From: a virus
Lineage: Duplodnaviria; Caudoviricetes
IMG/VR virus record: IMGVR_UViG_3300037246_001058
Coordinates: 2,020-66,019 of that record
Reading direction: 5' to 3' (one strand)
DNA: 64,000 nucleotides
Position numbers and translations under genes: made by a program. The notes under the pieces were generated by a model. That model did not search any database and had not been told where the DNA came from. It was given only the letters and a program-made list of their open reading frames with translations. This document shows positions 28,364 through 37,436 of the stretch, in pieces. The first letter of the stretch is position 1; each line of letters begins with the position of its first letter.

Positions 28364-28513
28364 CATAGTGAGTAAGCTTGTGTACGAAGCACAGAACGAA
28401 TGGATGGTTGATCAACACTACCTCTCAACTGGCAAGCTGATGATGGATGCCAGCGTGGAGATCGAGCGACTGCGAGAGCAGGTGTTCCAACTCAGGCTAG
28501 AGAGGGGGAGAAT

Positions 28514-28945
28514 ATGCAAGACAGATGCGTGATGGCGATGCCGTACGAGCTGTCGTCAGTGGAGATAGGTTACTTCCACGATGCCGTAGAGACAGACAAG
28601 CACTCGGGTGGGGTGGGCATAGTGTCCGACCTCATCATGCAGGGTGCGATGGAGCTATGGATCTTTAACGAAGACGAGACGATCCTGTGTACCATCACTC
28701 GGGTGGTGACGTACCCGGATGGGTATAGAGAACTGCTTGTTCAGATGATGGCGGGGAGCAACGTGACCAGCACCGAGGCACACACTGAGTGCTCGCGGGT
28801 CATGATGCGGTACGCCTTGAAGCAGGGATGTCATCGGATGTCTGCCTACATGGAGCCCCACATCTGGGAGGCGATGCAACCACACCTGCCGGGATACGTG
28901 GCTGAGTATGTGGTGCTGACACTGGAACCGGAGACTATACTATGA
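28514..28945 (+). CDS. Hypothetical protein, possible GNAT-like fold
   Basis: ITRVVTYP...LLVQMMAG...YALKQGC pattern; start uncertain. Confidence 0.4.
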   Translation: MQDRCVMAMPYELSSVEIGYFHDAVETDKHSGGVGIVSDLIMQGAMELWIFNEDETILCTITRVVTYPDGYRELLVQMMAGSNVTSTEAHTECSRVMMRYALKQGCHRMSAYMEPHIWEAMQPHLPGYVAEYVVLTLEPETIL

Positions 28946-29077
28946 TGAGTCCCCTGAAGTACGCTCGCATGAAGTTTGCTCTCGAAGAATGTCGTCACCA
29001 CCTTGACGCAGAGGTCGTGCTGATGGAGGTGGGGATATGCCAATCACTGGTCGGACTCATCGACAGGGCACTCGGCC

Positions 29078-29506
29078 CTAACCAAGACGAACCTGACGAC
29101 GCAGTACAGCACGAGGATCTAGCTGGCCTCCTCGATCGAATCCATAGTGTGACGAAAGGCAATCAAGATTATGAGTGACGATCTTACCAAACTGTTCGAG
29201 CGTTACATGCGACGGAAGGCTCGCGAGCGTGCCAGTGATGGCGTTGATAAAGCACGCGGTGTCGTCGGTGTCACACCCGGACATACTGGCAAGCGTATCC
29301 CTCAGACCAGCGTGATACTCGGCTGTTTCCATAGAGGGTACGCCAGTGCCGGGATCAACGAGTGCCCGGCCTGCGGCCAAGTCCTCAGCTAGTCGGTTGG
29401 CTGCCTGCAGCTGCGGCGGAGTGATCAGTTCGTGGAGCATCAGCTCATCGAACAGGTTGGTTGTCTCTACCCTGCTGCGGGTGGCCATCAGTTTTTCAGT
29501 CAGCAT
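29078..29506 (-). CDS. Hypothetical protein (DUF6456/late-regulator-like)
   Basis: LITPPQLQAANRLAEDL motif; TGATG-coupled to the upstream ORF. Confidence 0.4.
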   Translation of the reverse strand: MLTEKLMATRSRVETTNLFDELMLHELITPPQLQAANRLAEDLAAGRALVDPGTGVPSMETAEYHAGLRDTLASMSGCDTDDTACFINAITGTLASLPSHVTLEQFGKIVTHNLDCLSSHYGFDRGGQLDPRAVLRRQVRLG

Positions 29507-29796
29507 CAGCTCCGTCTCTCCTTTGTGTTGCCTTCATGTACTTCATTAAACGCCGGGGACTCACCATTGAATGGCGTCACATGCCGTGAGAAGTTAGTCA
29601 CATGCCGTGAGAAGTTAGTCCACCCCCCACTCGTCTCGTTATGCATGGTCCACATGCCGGTGTGACCATCATTGAACTCATGATACTCGTAAGGATCCCA
29701 GCCTATGATTAGCCAAGTGCTGTACACATCTACCTCAACCCAATCGACTTCCTCAATCCAGCGACTGACGGAGCTGCTGGGGCTTTTCTTGCTCAT
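29506..29796 (-). CDS. WLxxGWxP micro-protein 5
   Basis: MSKKSP...VYSTWLIIGWDPYE; ATGA-coupled. Confidence 0.55.
   Translation of the reverse strand: MSKKSPSSSVSRWIEEVDWVEVDVYSTWLIIGWDPYEYHEFNDGHTGMWTMHNETSGGWTNFSRHVTNFSRHVTPFNGESPAFNEVHEGNTKERRS
29576..29620. repeat. 21-bp tandem duplication
   Basis: GTCACATGCCGTGAGAAGTTA x2, in frame (TNFSRHV x2) in the minus-strand ORF. Confidence 0.9.
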
Positions 29797-30053
29797 CGTC
29801 GCCACCCTCCGCCAGACCCGCACTCGATGCGGCACATCTCCTCGATGTAGATCTCGCAGGAAATGCCAAGCTTACTGGCTATCGCCATCTGTGTCGATGT
29901 CAGGCGGTGTGAATGTTCGTGCGGCCATGCGTTGTCGAGCCAGCCGTTGTATAGGTCATCTGCATACCACCCTCCCTCTGCCCTTATGCTCTCAACCTCT
30001 AGTCTCAAGTTTATACACGCACGGCGCGCGTACTCTATATCCGTGGCGCTCAT
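29793..30053 (-). CDS. WLxxGWxP micro-protein 4
   Basis: MSATDIEY...WYADDLYNGWLDNAWPHE; TGATG-coupled. Confidence 0.55.
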   Translation of the reverse strand: MSATDIEYARRACINLRLEVESIRAEGGWYADDLYNGWLDNAWPHEHSHRLTSTQMAIASKLGISCEIYIEEMCRIECGSGGGWRR

Positions 30054-30301
30054 CAGGACCTGTCCCAGGCTATGACTCCAAGTTCCATCTTGAGCGGGGC
30101 GAGGCCGAAGCCAACGTAGTCCGGCTCCCATCCTGCAGTGAGCCATTCATTGTACTGGATATCTTCCTTCCAGCTGCGGGCCTCCAACACGCGGGCCCAC
30201 TCCGCAGCGAACGTGATGGCCTTGCTCTGATTGCGGCGGCGAGCGGCGAAGTTGGCAAGCTCTCGCTGGTACCGATTGTACGTTTCCGTGCCGCCACTCA
30301 C
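30053..30301 (-). CDS. WLxxGWxP micro-protein 3
   Basis: ...WKEDIQYNEWLTAGWEPDY. Confidence 0.55.
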   Translation of the reverse strand: MSGGTETYNRYQRELANFAARRRNQSKAITFAAEWARVLEARSWKEDIQYNEWLTAGWEPDYVGFGLAPLKMELGVIAWDRS

Positions 30302-30307
30302 GGCAGA

Positions 30308-30601
30308 CTACCAAACAACATTCTGGACCTCTTCCATGTATTGCTTCATGACCCTAGCATACTCCCCTATGTCCATACCTATGGCATCGGCGGCAACCAG
30401 ATCGGCATGCGTGATGGGGCCGTCAAGGTACAGGCCCCAACCATCATTGAGCCACGAGGCGAGCATCTCGTCATCGTCCCAGCCATGATGCATGTCGATG
30501 ATATCTTTGTACCAGACGTCAACGCCAAGACGAAGACGTGCATCTCGTGCGATGTCTTCGTCGTACTCGAAGCGTCTAACCTTCACGTGCGTGTATGCCA
30601 T
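30308..30601 (-). CDS. WLxxGWxP micro-protein 2
   Basis: MAYTHVK...WDDDEMLASWLNDGWG; TGATG-coupled. Confidence 0.6.
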   Translation of the reverse strand: MAYTHVKVRRFEYDEDIARDARLRLGVDVWYKDIIDMHHGWDDDEMLASWLNDGWGLYLDGPITHADLVAADAIGMDIGEYARVMKQYMEEVQNVVW

Positions 30602-30756
30602 CAGCCTATGTCCCAATGGTAGCTCTTCACATACTCTACACACCGAGGACATTCGCAACCCTCTACCCACTCGTCCGGCGCCCACCCTTCGCGGAGCCAG
30701 CTGGCGAGTATTTCGTTGTCACCCCACATGGCAATGAACTTCGCTTCGTACCACAT
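30601..30756 (-). CDS. WLxxGWxP micro-protein 1 (51 aa)
   Basis: Not in the track. MWYEAKFIAMWGDNEILASWLREGWAPDEWVEGCECPRCVEYVKSYHWDIG*, coupled to the helicase stop. Confidence 0.6.
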   Translation of the reverse strand: MWYEAKFIAMWGDNEILASWLREGWAPDEWVEGCECPRCVEYVKSYHWDIG

Positions 30757-32501
30757 CAGCCTATGTCCCAGTCGTCATCGTTCGTGCCCCACTCACGGAT
30801 GGTATCGAAGCTACCGTCCACCGGATTGAATGCAATGTCACAGTTACCTACCTGTCCGAGCCAGGAAAAACGCGCCTTCCACGAGGTGAGCTTACTGATG
30901 CCGGGCTTGTCCCTGTCTCTGCTGAGGGTGATGCCGGAGTCACAGATGTTGAAGAAGGCTGCGGATCCACTGACGTCGTACCCGGTGGGGATGGGAGTCT
31001 TCCCGTCCTGTCCTCGGTACATCTTGGTTGGATGCGCGACCAACCATACAGCAACATCATGTGCCACCGCAAACCCCTTGAGCTTGACCAGAAGCTGGTT
31101 GATTCCGTGCTGTTGGTTGTCTCCGTCAATCATTTTCTCCATCGTGAGGAAGTTGAAAGGATCCACCATGAGTATACGAACACCCTTGCGGAGCACTGCT
31201 GCCTCGGCCCGCTCAATCACGGACTCGATGGTCGTCTGTCCCTCATCCAAGAAGACATACTTGTCATTCACCCAGTCGATGGCCTCTTCCAGCTCACCCT
31301 GGGACATCTTGTTCTTGCCATGGAATGACTTGCCTGCGCGGAGGGCGGCGAGTTGCAACAGATGAACCTGCGAACTCGTCTCGGCAGCGAAGACGGCGGT
31401 CGCCCAGTCTTCTTGCTGCGCAAGGTAGAAGGACAACCACGTGAGGAACGTGGACTTACCGCTGCCAGGCACCCCTGTACACAACGTCAGCGTACCTGGG
31501 CTGGGCCGGTAGATGCTGGAGATATACCCGACCTTGATATCTATGCCACGGGTCATGCCACTGTGGTAGATGGCGAGGGCCTCCTCCTTGTACTCGCTGG
31601 CATCACGAAGGCCACCGATGGGCCAGGGTGTGGCCTCGGCGAGCAGCTGCTTCAATGCATCCTCACCATACTTCATGAGGACATCATTGGCATCCTTACA
31701 ATCACTCGGATAGGACATGCGCCAGCACTTGGCTCTGCCGATACGGCGTGCGATCTCCTCGGTGAGGATCTCACCAGGCCCATCGTCCTGATCACCAGCG
31801 ATGATGACACGTGTAGCCTTCTCTATCTTATCCTTGGCATCCCAGAGGTAGGCGTACTTCTTACTGCTGCTGTCATCATCCTTACTCTTGGTGCTGGGCG
31901 CCCCATTGGGCACAGACGTAGCGAACACACCAACTTGAGCGAAGGACAGGGCATCCATCTCACCCTCTGTAATGATGAGGTCACCACCGTCGAAGTCATT
32001 GATGCGCCACAGGCTGCGGGCTGCCCCGGTCTGCGTGAAATTCTTCTTGCCGTCTCTCCACTTCACGGCGGTAGATCCGTCGAGGTTGTGGTACGGGAAC
32101 CCGATGCACGGCACCTTGGCGTCACGCGCGCGGACCCAGATCGTTGCATTGATCAACCCGCACTCAACAGTAGTGGACATGCTGATGCCACGACCTGCCA
32201 GGTAGGCAAGCTGCGGCTCACTCAGCTTATCGAACTGTTCTATAGAAATGACCACCGGTTTCGAAACGATGGGGGATACCTTGGTCTTGGGTTGGGCTGC
32301 TGTCTCGGTCAACTTCACGCTTCCTTTGGCCTCGCAGTGATGACAGATGTAGACGGCGTAGTCACCGTCGATCTTCACGGAAAGGGTTCGTTCGTTAGAT
32401 TTCTTTCGGTCTGGCCCACAGATGGGGCACGTTGTCCTGCTCTCGTGACGGTCGGCGGCACCGGACTCAATGAGGTGGTCAACCATATCACTAGCCGTCA
32501 T
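30756..32501 (-). CDS. Twinkle/T7 gp4-like DNA primase-helicase
   Basis: Zn finger CPIC...CHHC, TOPRIM TEGEMDALS and DQDD, KDAND, Walker A GVPGSGKS, VDP, LVAHP. Start may extend to 32564. Confidence 0.93.
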   Translation of the reverse strand: MTASDMVDHLIESGAADRHESRTTCPICGPDRKKSNERTLSVKIDGDYAVYICHHCEAKGSVKLTETAAQPKTKVSPIVSKPVVISIEQFDKLSEPQLAYLAGRGISMSTTVECGLINATIWVRARDAKVPCIGFPYHNLDGSTAVKWRDGKKNFTQTGAARSLWRINDFDGGDLIITEGEMDALSFAQVGVFATSVPNGAPSTKSKDDDSSSKKYAYLWDAKDKIEKATRVIIAGDQDDGPGEILTEEIARRIGRAKCWRMSYPSDCKDANDVLMKYGEDALKQLLAEATPWPIGGLRDASEYKEEALAIYHSGMTRGIDIKVGYISSIYRPSPGTLTLCTGVPGSGKSTFLTWLSFYLAQQEDWATAVFAAETSSQVHLLQLAALRAGKSFHGKNKMSQGELEEAIDWVNDKYVFLDEGQTTIESVIERAEAAVLRKGVRILMVDPFNFLTMEKMIDGDNQQHGINQLLVKLKGFAVAHDVAVWLVAHPTKMYRGQDGKTPIPTGYDVSGSAAFFNICDSGITLSRDRDKPGISKLTSWKARFSWLGQVGNCDIAFNPVDGSFDTIREWGTNDDDWDIG

Positions 32502-32937
32502 TGGCAGCACGCCTCCGGCTGTGAAGGTCACGGGATGCCTTCGAAAGCTTCCCGATTGGAGCACCAGAGTAACTCATACGCCCCTCGTCAGCAACGCTGG
32601 GGCGTGCGTCCCTGCCTACCAGCACCGGGCCATGGCCATCGTCATGCTTATCACGGGCAGTCACACGGACAATACCTCTCATGATCTCTAGACACTCAAG
32701 GGTCACTGGCTTGCGGACGTCGCTGTCGATGCGGATCAATCCGTGCAACAGCTCCTTCACCCAGGCCTCGTCCCAATTCGCCAGCTGGCACACCGTGGTG
32801 AAGCGTACGCCACTGTTCATCCACTTGCGGACATCCCAGGCAGCACGGGCCGTGCCGAATCCAAGGTCCCTAACTGCGTCGGACACAACACATCTGTACA
32901 TAGTCTGTACTTCATCAAGCTCGATCTCAGCGCTCAT
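32491..32937 (-). CDS. Hypothetical protein
   Basis: YRCVVSDAVRD...W...FTTVCQLA pattern; overlaps both neighbours. Confidence 0.55.
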   Translation of the reverse strand: MSAEIELDEVQTMYRCVVSDAVRDLGFGTARAAWDVRKWMNSGVRFTTVCQLANWDEAWVKELLHGLIRIDSDVRKPVTLECLEIMRGIVRVTARDKHDDGHGPVLVGRDARPSVADEGRMSYSGAPIGKLSKASRDLHSRRRAANDG

Positions 32938-33346
32938 CAAACAGGTCCTTGTTATAGTGTGTGGTGGAGATGTTCTCAAGACCGCTGATTGGCAGGACCT
33001 TGACCCGTATCCTAGCACGGGGGTCCTTGCGCGCCAGGTTCCACACGCTCATGGATGCTTTCACTTGCCTGTCGTTGGCGTAAACTCTCTTCTGCAGGAG
33101 GTCTTGGATGAAGTCGATGCAGGCTAGGTCGGGTCGGCGGCTGCCGTACCACACGTCCACCCTGAGGGATAGGTCACCCTCCAATAGCTCATCGAGGATG
33201 GGGCACTGCTCATTGAATACTGTCTCGTATATGAGGGCCTTCTTGCTCTTGATCAATGCTGTTCTGTTGCCCATCTTGACGATGCGCCGTCGGTTCTTTG
33301 CTGACTGGGGTTCACCGAACACCCAGATATCTACGTCTGATGCCAC
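32927..33346 (-). CDS. rusA: RusA-like Holliday junction resolvase
   Basis: GEPQSAKN...RRPDL...IQDLL...YANDRQV; GTG start with AAGGAG RBS. Confidence 0.75.
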   Translation of the reverse strand: MASDVDIWVFGEPQSAKNRRRIVKMGNRTALIKSKKALIYETVFNEQCPILDELLEGDLSLRVDVWYGSRRPDLACIDFIQDLLQKRVYANDRQVKASMSVWNLARKDPRARIRVKVLPISGLENISTTHYNKDLFDER

Positions 33347-33614
33347 TGCTGCTCCTTCGATTGAACTATAGGGTAGCACGAGTGACGATCCAGTCAATAC
33401 CCTCGGGGCATCTTCTTCACAGGAGTTGCCGCCGTGAAAAGGGTCCAACAAAACCGCATGTATTTGCATGCTCTAAGCTGTCTCAGTTCGAGGAGGAAAG
33501 ATTGTTGATTGACAGAATCCATATCGTGACGCACTCAGTAAGAAGTGAGCGAGCCCATACGGATATGTCCTGCGAGCGAACGCCACCATGCAAGAGGAAA
33601 GATAGAGAGAATGG

Positions 33615-33642
33615 TTGACACCTTGCCCGTTCATGGTATCCT
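33615..33642 (+). promoter_or_regulatory. Sigma70-type promoter of recombination operon
   Basis: TTGACA-N16-TATCCT with extended TG. Confidence 0.6.
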
Positions 33643-33676
33643 GCAAGGCGTAAGTTCGTATGACGAGGAGAGTTGC

Positions 33677-34570
33677 ATGCGTTTGACCAATCATCATGGG
33701 ATACCGGACGTCTTCCTGAACTACGCTGAGCGTGAGAAGTACGATGCTGGTGTGTGTGACTTCACGCCCTCTAGCCTGTGTGAGCCAGCGATGATCACAC
33801 ATCTGAGCAAGGTGTACAAGGATAAGCTCACCGAAGATGCGGCCGATGGCATCATGGCCCTGCTTGGCACGGCAATGCACTCCATCCTAGAGAAGGGTGC
33901 CAATGAGACTGACATCATTGAGTACAGGATGTACGCTGAGTTTGAAGGACACACCATCTCCGGGTGCGTGGACCGCATGTTCATGCCAGTGGGGTTCGGG
34001 CCCTGGATGATTCAGGACTACAAGAGCACGAGTGCCAGCACCGTGATGCACAACCCCGAAGGCAAGCCCGAGTGGGTGGCCCAACAGTCTGTCTACGCAT
34101 GGCTGGCAGACAAGAATGAGATGGAGGTCGAGGGTGCCGAGGTGGTACTCATGATACGAGACTGGAACAAGAGTCAGTCGAAGTATCAGAGGAGCAAGGG
34201 GTATCCACCGGCAGCCATTGCGGTCATCCCGCTTGAGCTGTGGAGTCATGAGGAAACCGAAGCTTACATGCGCTTGCGGATCGCGGCGCTCACTGCTAAG
34301 GTACCGGAACCATGCACGCGGGAAGAGCGGTGGCAGGGCGATCCGAAGTACGCAGTGTTGAAGTACGTGAGGGGCGGGAGCCTCTCGAAGCGTGCATCAA
34401 GGGTGCTCGACTCCTCGTACGATGCTGAGGAGTACATGTTGGATAACGGCATACACGGAGAGGTCGAGGTTCGACCGGGCAAAGCCAATCGCTGCGGCGA
34501 CTGGTGCCCAGTGTCCGGGTGGTGCGAGCAGTACCAAAGTGAAATTAAAGAGGAAGACGATATACTATGA
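33677..34570 (+). CDS. PD-(D/E)xK (Cas4/RecB-like) exonuclease
   Basis: GTAMHSILE, ISGCVD, IQDYKST, QQSVYAW and C-terminal Cys cluster; GAGGAG RBS. Confidence 0.82.
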   Translation: MRLTNHHGIPDVFLNYAEREKYDAGVCDFTPSSLCEPAMITHLSKVYKDKLTEDAADGIMALLGTAMHSILEKGANETDIIEYRMYAEFEGHTISGCVDRMFMPVGFGPWMIQDYKSTSASTVMHNPEGKPEWVAQQSVYAWLADKNEMEVEGAEVVLMIRDWNKSQSKYQRSKGYPPAAIAVIPLELWSHEETEAYMRLRIAALTAKVPEPCTREERWQGDPKYAVLKYVRGGSLSKRASRVLDSSYDAEEYMLDNGIHGEVEVRPGKANRCGDWCPVSGWCEQYQSEIKEEDDIL

Positions 34571-35244
34571 GTGTAGCAGAAGTGAAGCCTCCCGTGGGTC
34601 ATCCAGTAATTCCTGGCAACGTAACGGCAAATGAGATCTGGTCCGTCCTGTCTCCGATCAACGTCAATGAGCACGTGAAGAAGAAGGGCAACCTGTCCTA
34701 CCTCAGCTGGCCATTCGCATATCAGACCATGATGGAGAACTTCCCGGAGTTCAACTTCACATTCCTCGATGACCAACTGCATCCCGATGACTGCGTCACT
34801 GTGCACGTGACCTGCTGGATCGGTAACGTCAAGCGAGAGATGTGGCTGCCATGTATGGACAACAAGAACAACGCCATCAAGGGACCGGACGCACGGGACA
34901 TCAGCGACACGAAGATGCGCTGTCTAGTGAAGTGTATGGCCATGTTCGGTGTCGGGTTCTACATCTACGCCGGTGAGGACCTGCCCTCCCAGGCGGAAAC
35001 AGCACCCGAGCCTCCGAAGGAACTGTCCAAGGAAGAGCAGGAGAAGCTGGCCGCTGTCGCCCTGACCATGACCACCCTCATCGAGGGCGTGACTGATCGG
35101 GACGAGCTGAAGGCCTACTGGAAAGATAACAAGAAAGCCTTGCTTGAATTGCAAGCGGGCAACCAAGACCTGTACGATGCTGTCCTCAAGGACTTCAAAG
35201 CTCAGGGGAAGACGATCGCGAAGGCGACGGAAGGAAGCGAGTAA
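34567..35244 (+). CDS. Sak/Rad52-like single-strand annealing protein (DUF1071)
   Basis: INVNEHVKKKGNLSYLSW...MWLPCMD...MRCLVKCMAMFGVGFYIYAGEDLP. Confidence 0.9.
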   Translation: MSVAEVKPPVGHPVIPGNVTANEIWSVLSPINVNEHVKKKGNLSYLSWPFAYQTMMENFPEFNFTFLDDQLHPDDCVTVHVTCWIGNVKREMWLPCMDNKNNAIKGPDARDISDTKMRCLVKCMAMFGVGFYIYAGEDLPSQAETAPEPPKELSKEEQEKLAAVALTMTTLIEGVTDRDELKAYWKDNKKALLELQAGNQDLYDAVLKDFKAQGKTIAKATEGSE

Positions 35245-35245
35245 G

Positions 35246-35563
35246 ATGGCAGACGTAAAGGGCAAGTGTTGGCTCTTCAAGAACGACAACAAGGTGGAAG
35301 GGGACAACCGTCCGATCTACACAGGCAACGGAGAGATCTCTCGCGAGTGTCTCGACATGCTCATCGCTCAGTTTGATGACGGGCGTGACGTGGAGAACGG
35401 TATCCTCAAGGTGGACACCACTGCTTGGAAGAATGTATCGAAGGCAGGCAAGCCCTATCTCTTCGTCACGTTCGACGAGAAGTTTCACAAGGAGCAGGGT
35501 GACGCCCCGTCGGGCGGTGGCTACAAAAAGCCCCCGGTTGACGACGACGACGTACCCTTCTAA
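35246..35563 (+). CDS. SSB-like protein
   Basis: LFKND...PIYTG...AWKNVSKAGKPYL; acidic tail DDDDVPF. Confidence 0.75.
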   Translation: MADVKGKCWLFKNDNKVEGDNRPIYTGNGEISRECLDMLIAQFDDGRDVENGILKVDTTAWKNVSKAGKPYLFVTFDEKFHKEQGDAPSGGGYKKPPVDDDDVPF

Positions 35564-35569
35564 GCTATA

Positions 35570-35762
35570 GACCGGCAGCCGAAAGGCTTTGCGTAGTCAT
35601 CAGTACGAACTACGACGGTCGCAGATTTTTCGGAGGAGAAGAGTCGGGGGACTCGGACGGTAGCCCGGGGAGCGCACAAGTGTTGCGTTGGGTTTCTGTC
35701 CCCTCTTCGTATTAGTGATGGGTCGGTGGTTTAACTGGGGAGTCTGACCGCTGGCCCATCCA
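35570..35762 (+). ncRNA. Candidate structured intergenic RNA
   Basis: Three-way junction with GAAA loop (35570-35620), long interrupted hairpin, and a 15-bp G-U-rich stem (35717-35760). Confidence 0.4.
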
Positions 35763-35937
35763 TCCTTACAACACTGGAGACACATTGAAAGACATCATCA
35801 AAGCAATCGGGGCCATCGCGGCCATCATCGTAGGGCTGGCCGTTGGCACACTGCCCTCTTTCTTCTACCTCTTCGGGGGCCTGGCCTTCATGAAGTTTCT
35901 CGGACTGGCCTTCACTGGTCAATAGGAGTACATATCA

Positions 35938-36429
35938 ATGACAGTGGAAAATACTTTCCGCTTGGCAGTCTTCGCCGCCTTCTGCCTGGCAGTAACCATG
36001 ATCTTCTTTAGCAATTCCGCATCGGCGCAGAACGTTCTTCTCACCCCTGACTCGCTGACCGGTGAGTTCACCGCTCGTGCCAACACGGCAACGGATGACA
36101 TCCGGCTCGACCGCGTGTGTCTGTACCGTATTGACTCCAACAGCCCCGACCCTGTCACTGAGTTCGCTTGCGCCAGCGTGGGCACCGGACGTACGCCGAC
36201 AGCCAGCGAGGCCGCCCCCAACGGGGAGGGTGTCGTGGTTGATATCACGTTCACCACCACGCTTGTCGTAGGTGAGAATCAGGAGTTCGTTGCACGCAAC
36301 ATCGCGCAGGACTTCGATAGCAGCATGTCTACATTCTCGGACATACAGTCCGACCCTAGTAGCAACCTTGCACGCATCGTGGCGCGACCCTTCTCCCCTG
36401 TCTTCATCATCATCGCGCCGTCACCATGA
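35938..36429 (+). CDS. Secreted beta-rich protein
   Basis: AGGAG RBS; signal peptide ending ASA; two Cys in the mature part. Confidence 0.6.
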   Translation: MTVENTFRLAVFAAFCLAVTMIFFSNSASAQNVLLTPDSLTGEFTARANTATDDIRLDRVCLYRIDSNSPDPVTEFACASVGTGRTPTASEAAPNGEGVVVDITFTTTLVVGENQEFVARNIAQDFDSSMSTFSDIQSDPSSNLARIVARPFSPVFIIIAPSP

Positions 36430-36606
36430 GCTTCCTAACGAAAGCTACACGCAAGGTAGGTGACTTCGTCTTCATGACGTGCGCGGGTGCCTTAACGGCC
36501 TGCGCAATGGCGCTGGCGCTGACGTTCTCCCTTCTACCGTTCGCCTTCTATGCGTTCATACTGTACCTGGCCTACCTTGTAGTGATACACTTCACCGGAG
36601 GCTGAG

Positions 36607-36891
36607 ATGGGGGCTGAGATAAAAAGGATCGCCAACACGGACACCTTTGAAGATATCGTTGATGGCGTCCCGAGCACTGACGGTTCGGAGAACATGCACC
36701 CGGTGGCGCCCGCAGAGACACGGCGCATGAACAGGGCCGAGCGCCGGGCGAAGATCAAAGAGGTGCTGTCGAGAGACGAGAGGCTCCTGTTTCAGGAGCT
36801 GAAGAGAGATGTGATCAAGGCCTTGGTCAAACCCAAGGGCCTGTCGAAGGCGCAGCTGAGGCGGCGCCGAAGGAAGGATGCAAAGCGATGA
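36607..36891 (+). CDS. Hypothetical basic protein
   Basis: GGAGG RBS. Confidence 0.5.
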   Translation: MGAEIKRIANTDTFEDIVDGVPSTDGSENMHPVAPAETRRMNRAERRAKIKEVLSRDERLLFQELKRDVIKALVKPKGLSKAQLRRRRRKDAKR

Positions 36892-37436
36892 TGATCGTAG
36901 AGTTTATCAAGAGATGGTTCGGAGGGCGGGGCGAGGCCCCGTTCAGGCACGAGATGCCACAGTACGGGCCGGACTCAGGCTACATCCCGGGCGCCGGGAT
37001 CCCCGACGACGAGGCATACGGGACGCAGCTGGTTGAGTACTCGACTTACCCCACCGAGAACCCGTTCAGGGTGGAGGCTGCTCGTGCTGAGATCCGAGAC
37101 GATGAGGCATGCCCCCCTACTGACTTCGACACGTGCCAGCGTCTGATCGAAGCCATCCCGGCAGCCGATGTGTACGAAAAGGAGATCTTCGACCCTCACG
37201 TTGCAGGGTTCGGAGAGAACTGGGAGAAGACCTCTCTGGGCGGGCGCATCTGGGACATCATGGCTGACGGAGAGCCCTACACGCTGGCGGAACTGTCTTG
37301 GATGACGGGTGCGATCGAGACGTCCTGCTCAGCACGAGTGAGGGACCTGCGCAAGCGCCAGTACGGAGGCCACACAGTCAACAGGCAGTACGTAGGCAAG
37401 GGCCTGTACACGTACAAGCTGGTGATCAATGACTGA
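36888..37436 (+). CDS. Protein with C-terminal winged-HTH
   Basis: IWDIMADG.PYTLAELS...SARVRDLRK..YGGH.V. Confidence 0.65.
   Translation: MMIVEFIKRWFGGRGEAPFRHEMPQYGPDSGYIPGAGIPDDEAYGTQLVEYSTYPTENPFRVEAARAEIRDDEACPPTDFDTCQRLIEAIPAADVYEKEIFDPHVAGFGENWEKTSLGGRIWDIMADGEPYTLAELSWMTGAIETSCSARVRDLRKRQYGGHTVNRQYVGKGLYTYKLVIND

Noticed and set aside
29705-30622. 305-aa plus-strand ORF
   Set aside because: It lies opposite the coupled WLxxGWxP ORFs, whose shared motif and stop/start overlaps argue for the minus strand.
29506-30770. Diversity-generating retroelement behind the paralogue array
   Set aside because: No reverse transcriptase gene and no ~100-bp template/variable repeat pair with adenine-specific differences.
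31353-32684. 443-aa plus-strand ORF
   Set aside because: Antisense shadow of the primase-helicase; no recognisable motifs.
35570-35620. Hammerhead ribozyme (CTGATGA on minus strand, GAAA on plus strand)
   Set aside because: The two core elements are on opposite strands and the stem order does not fit a hammerhead.
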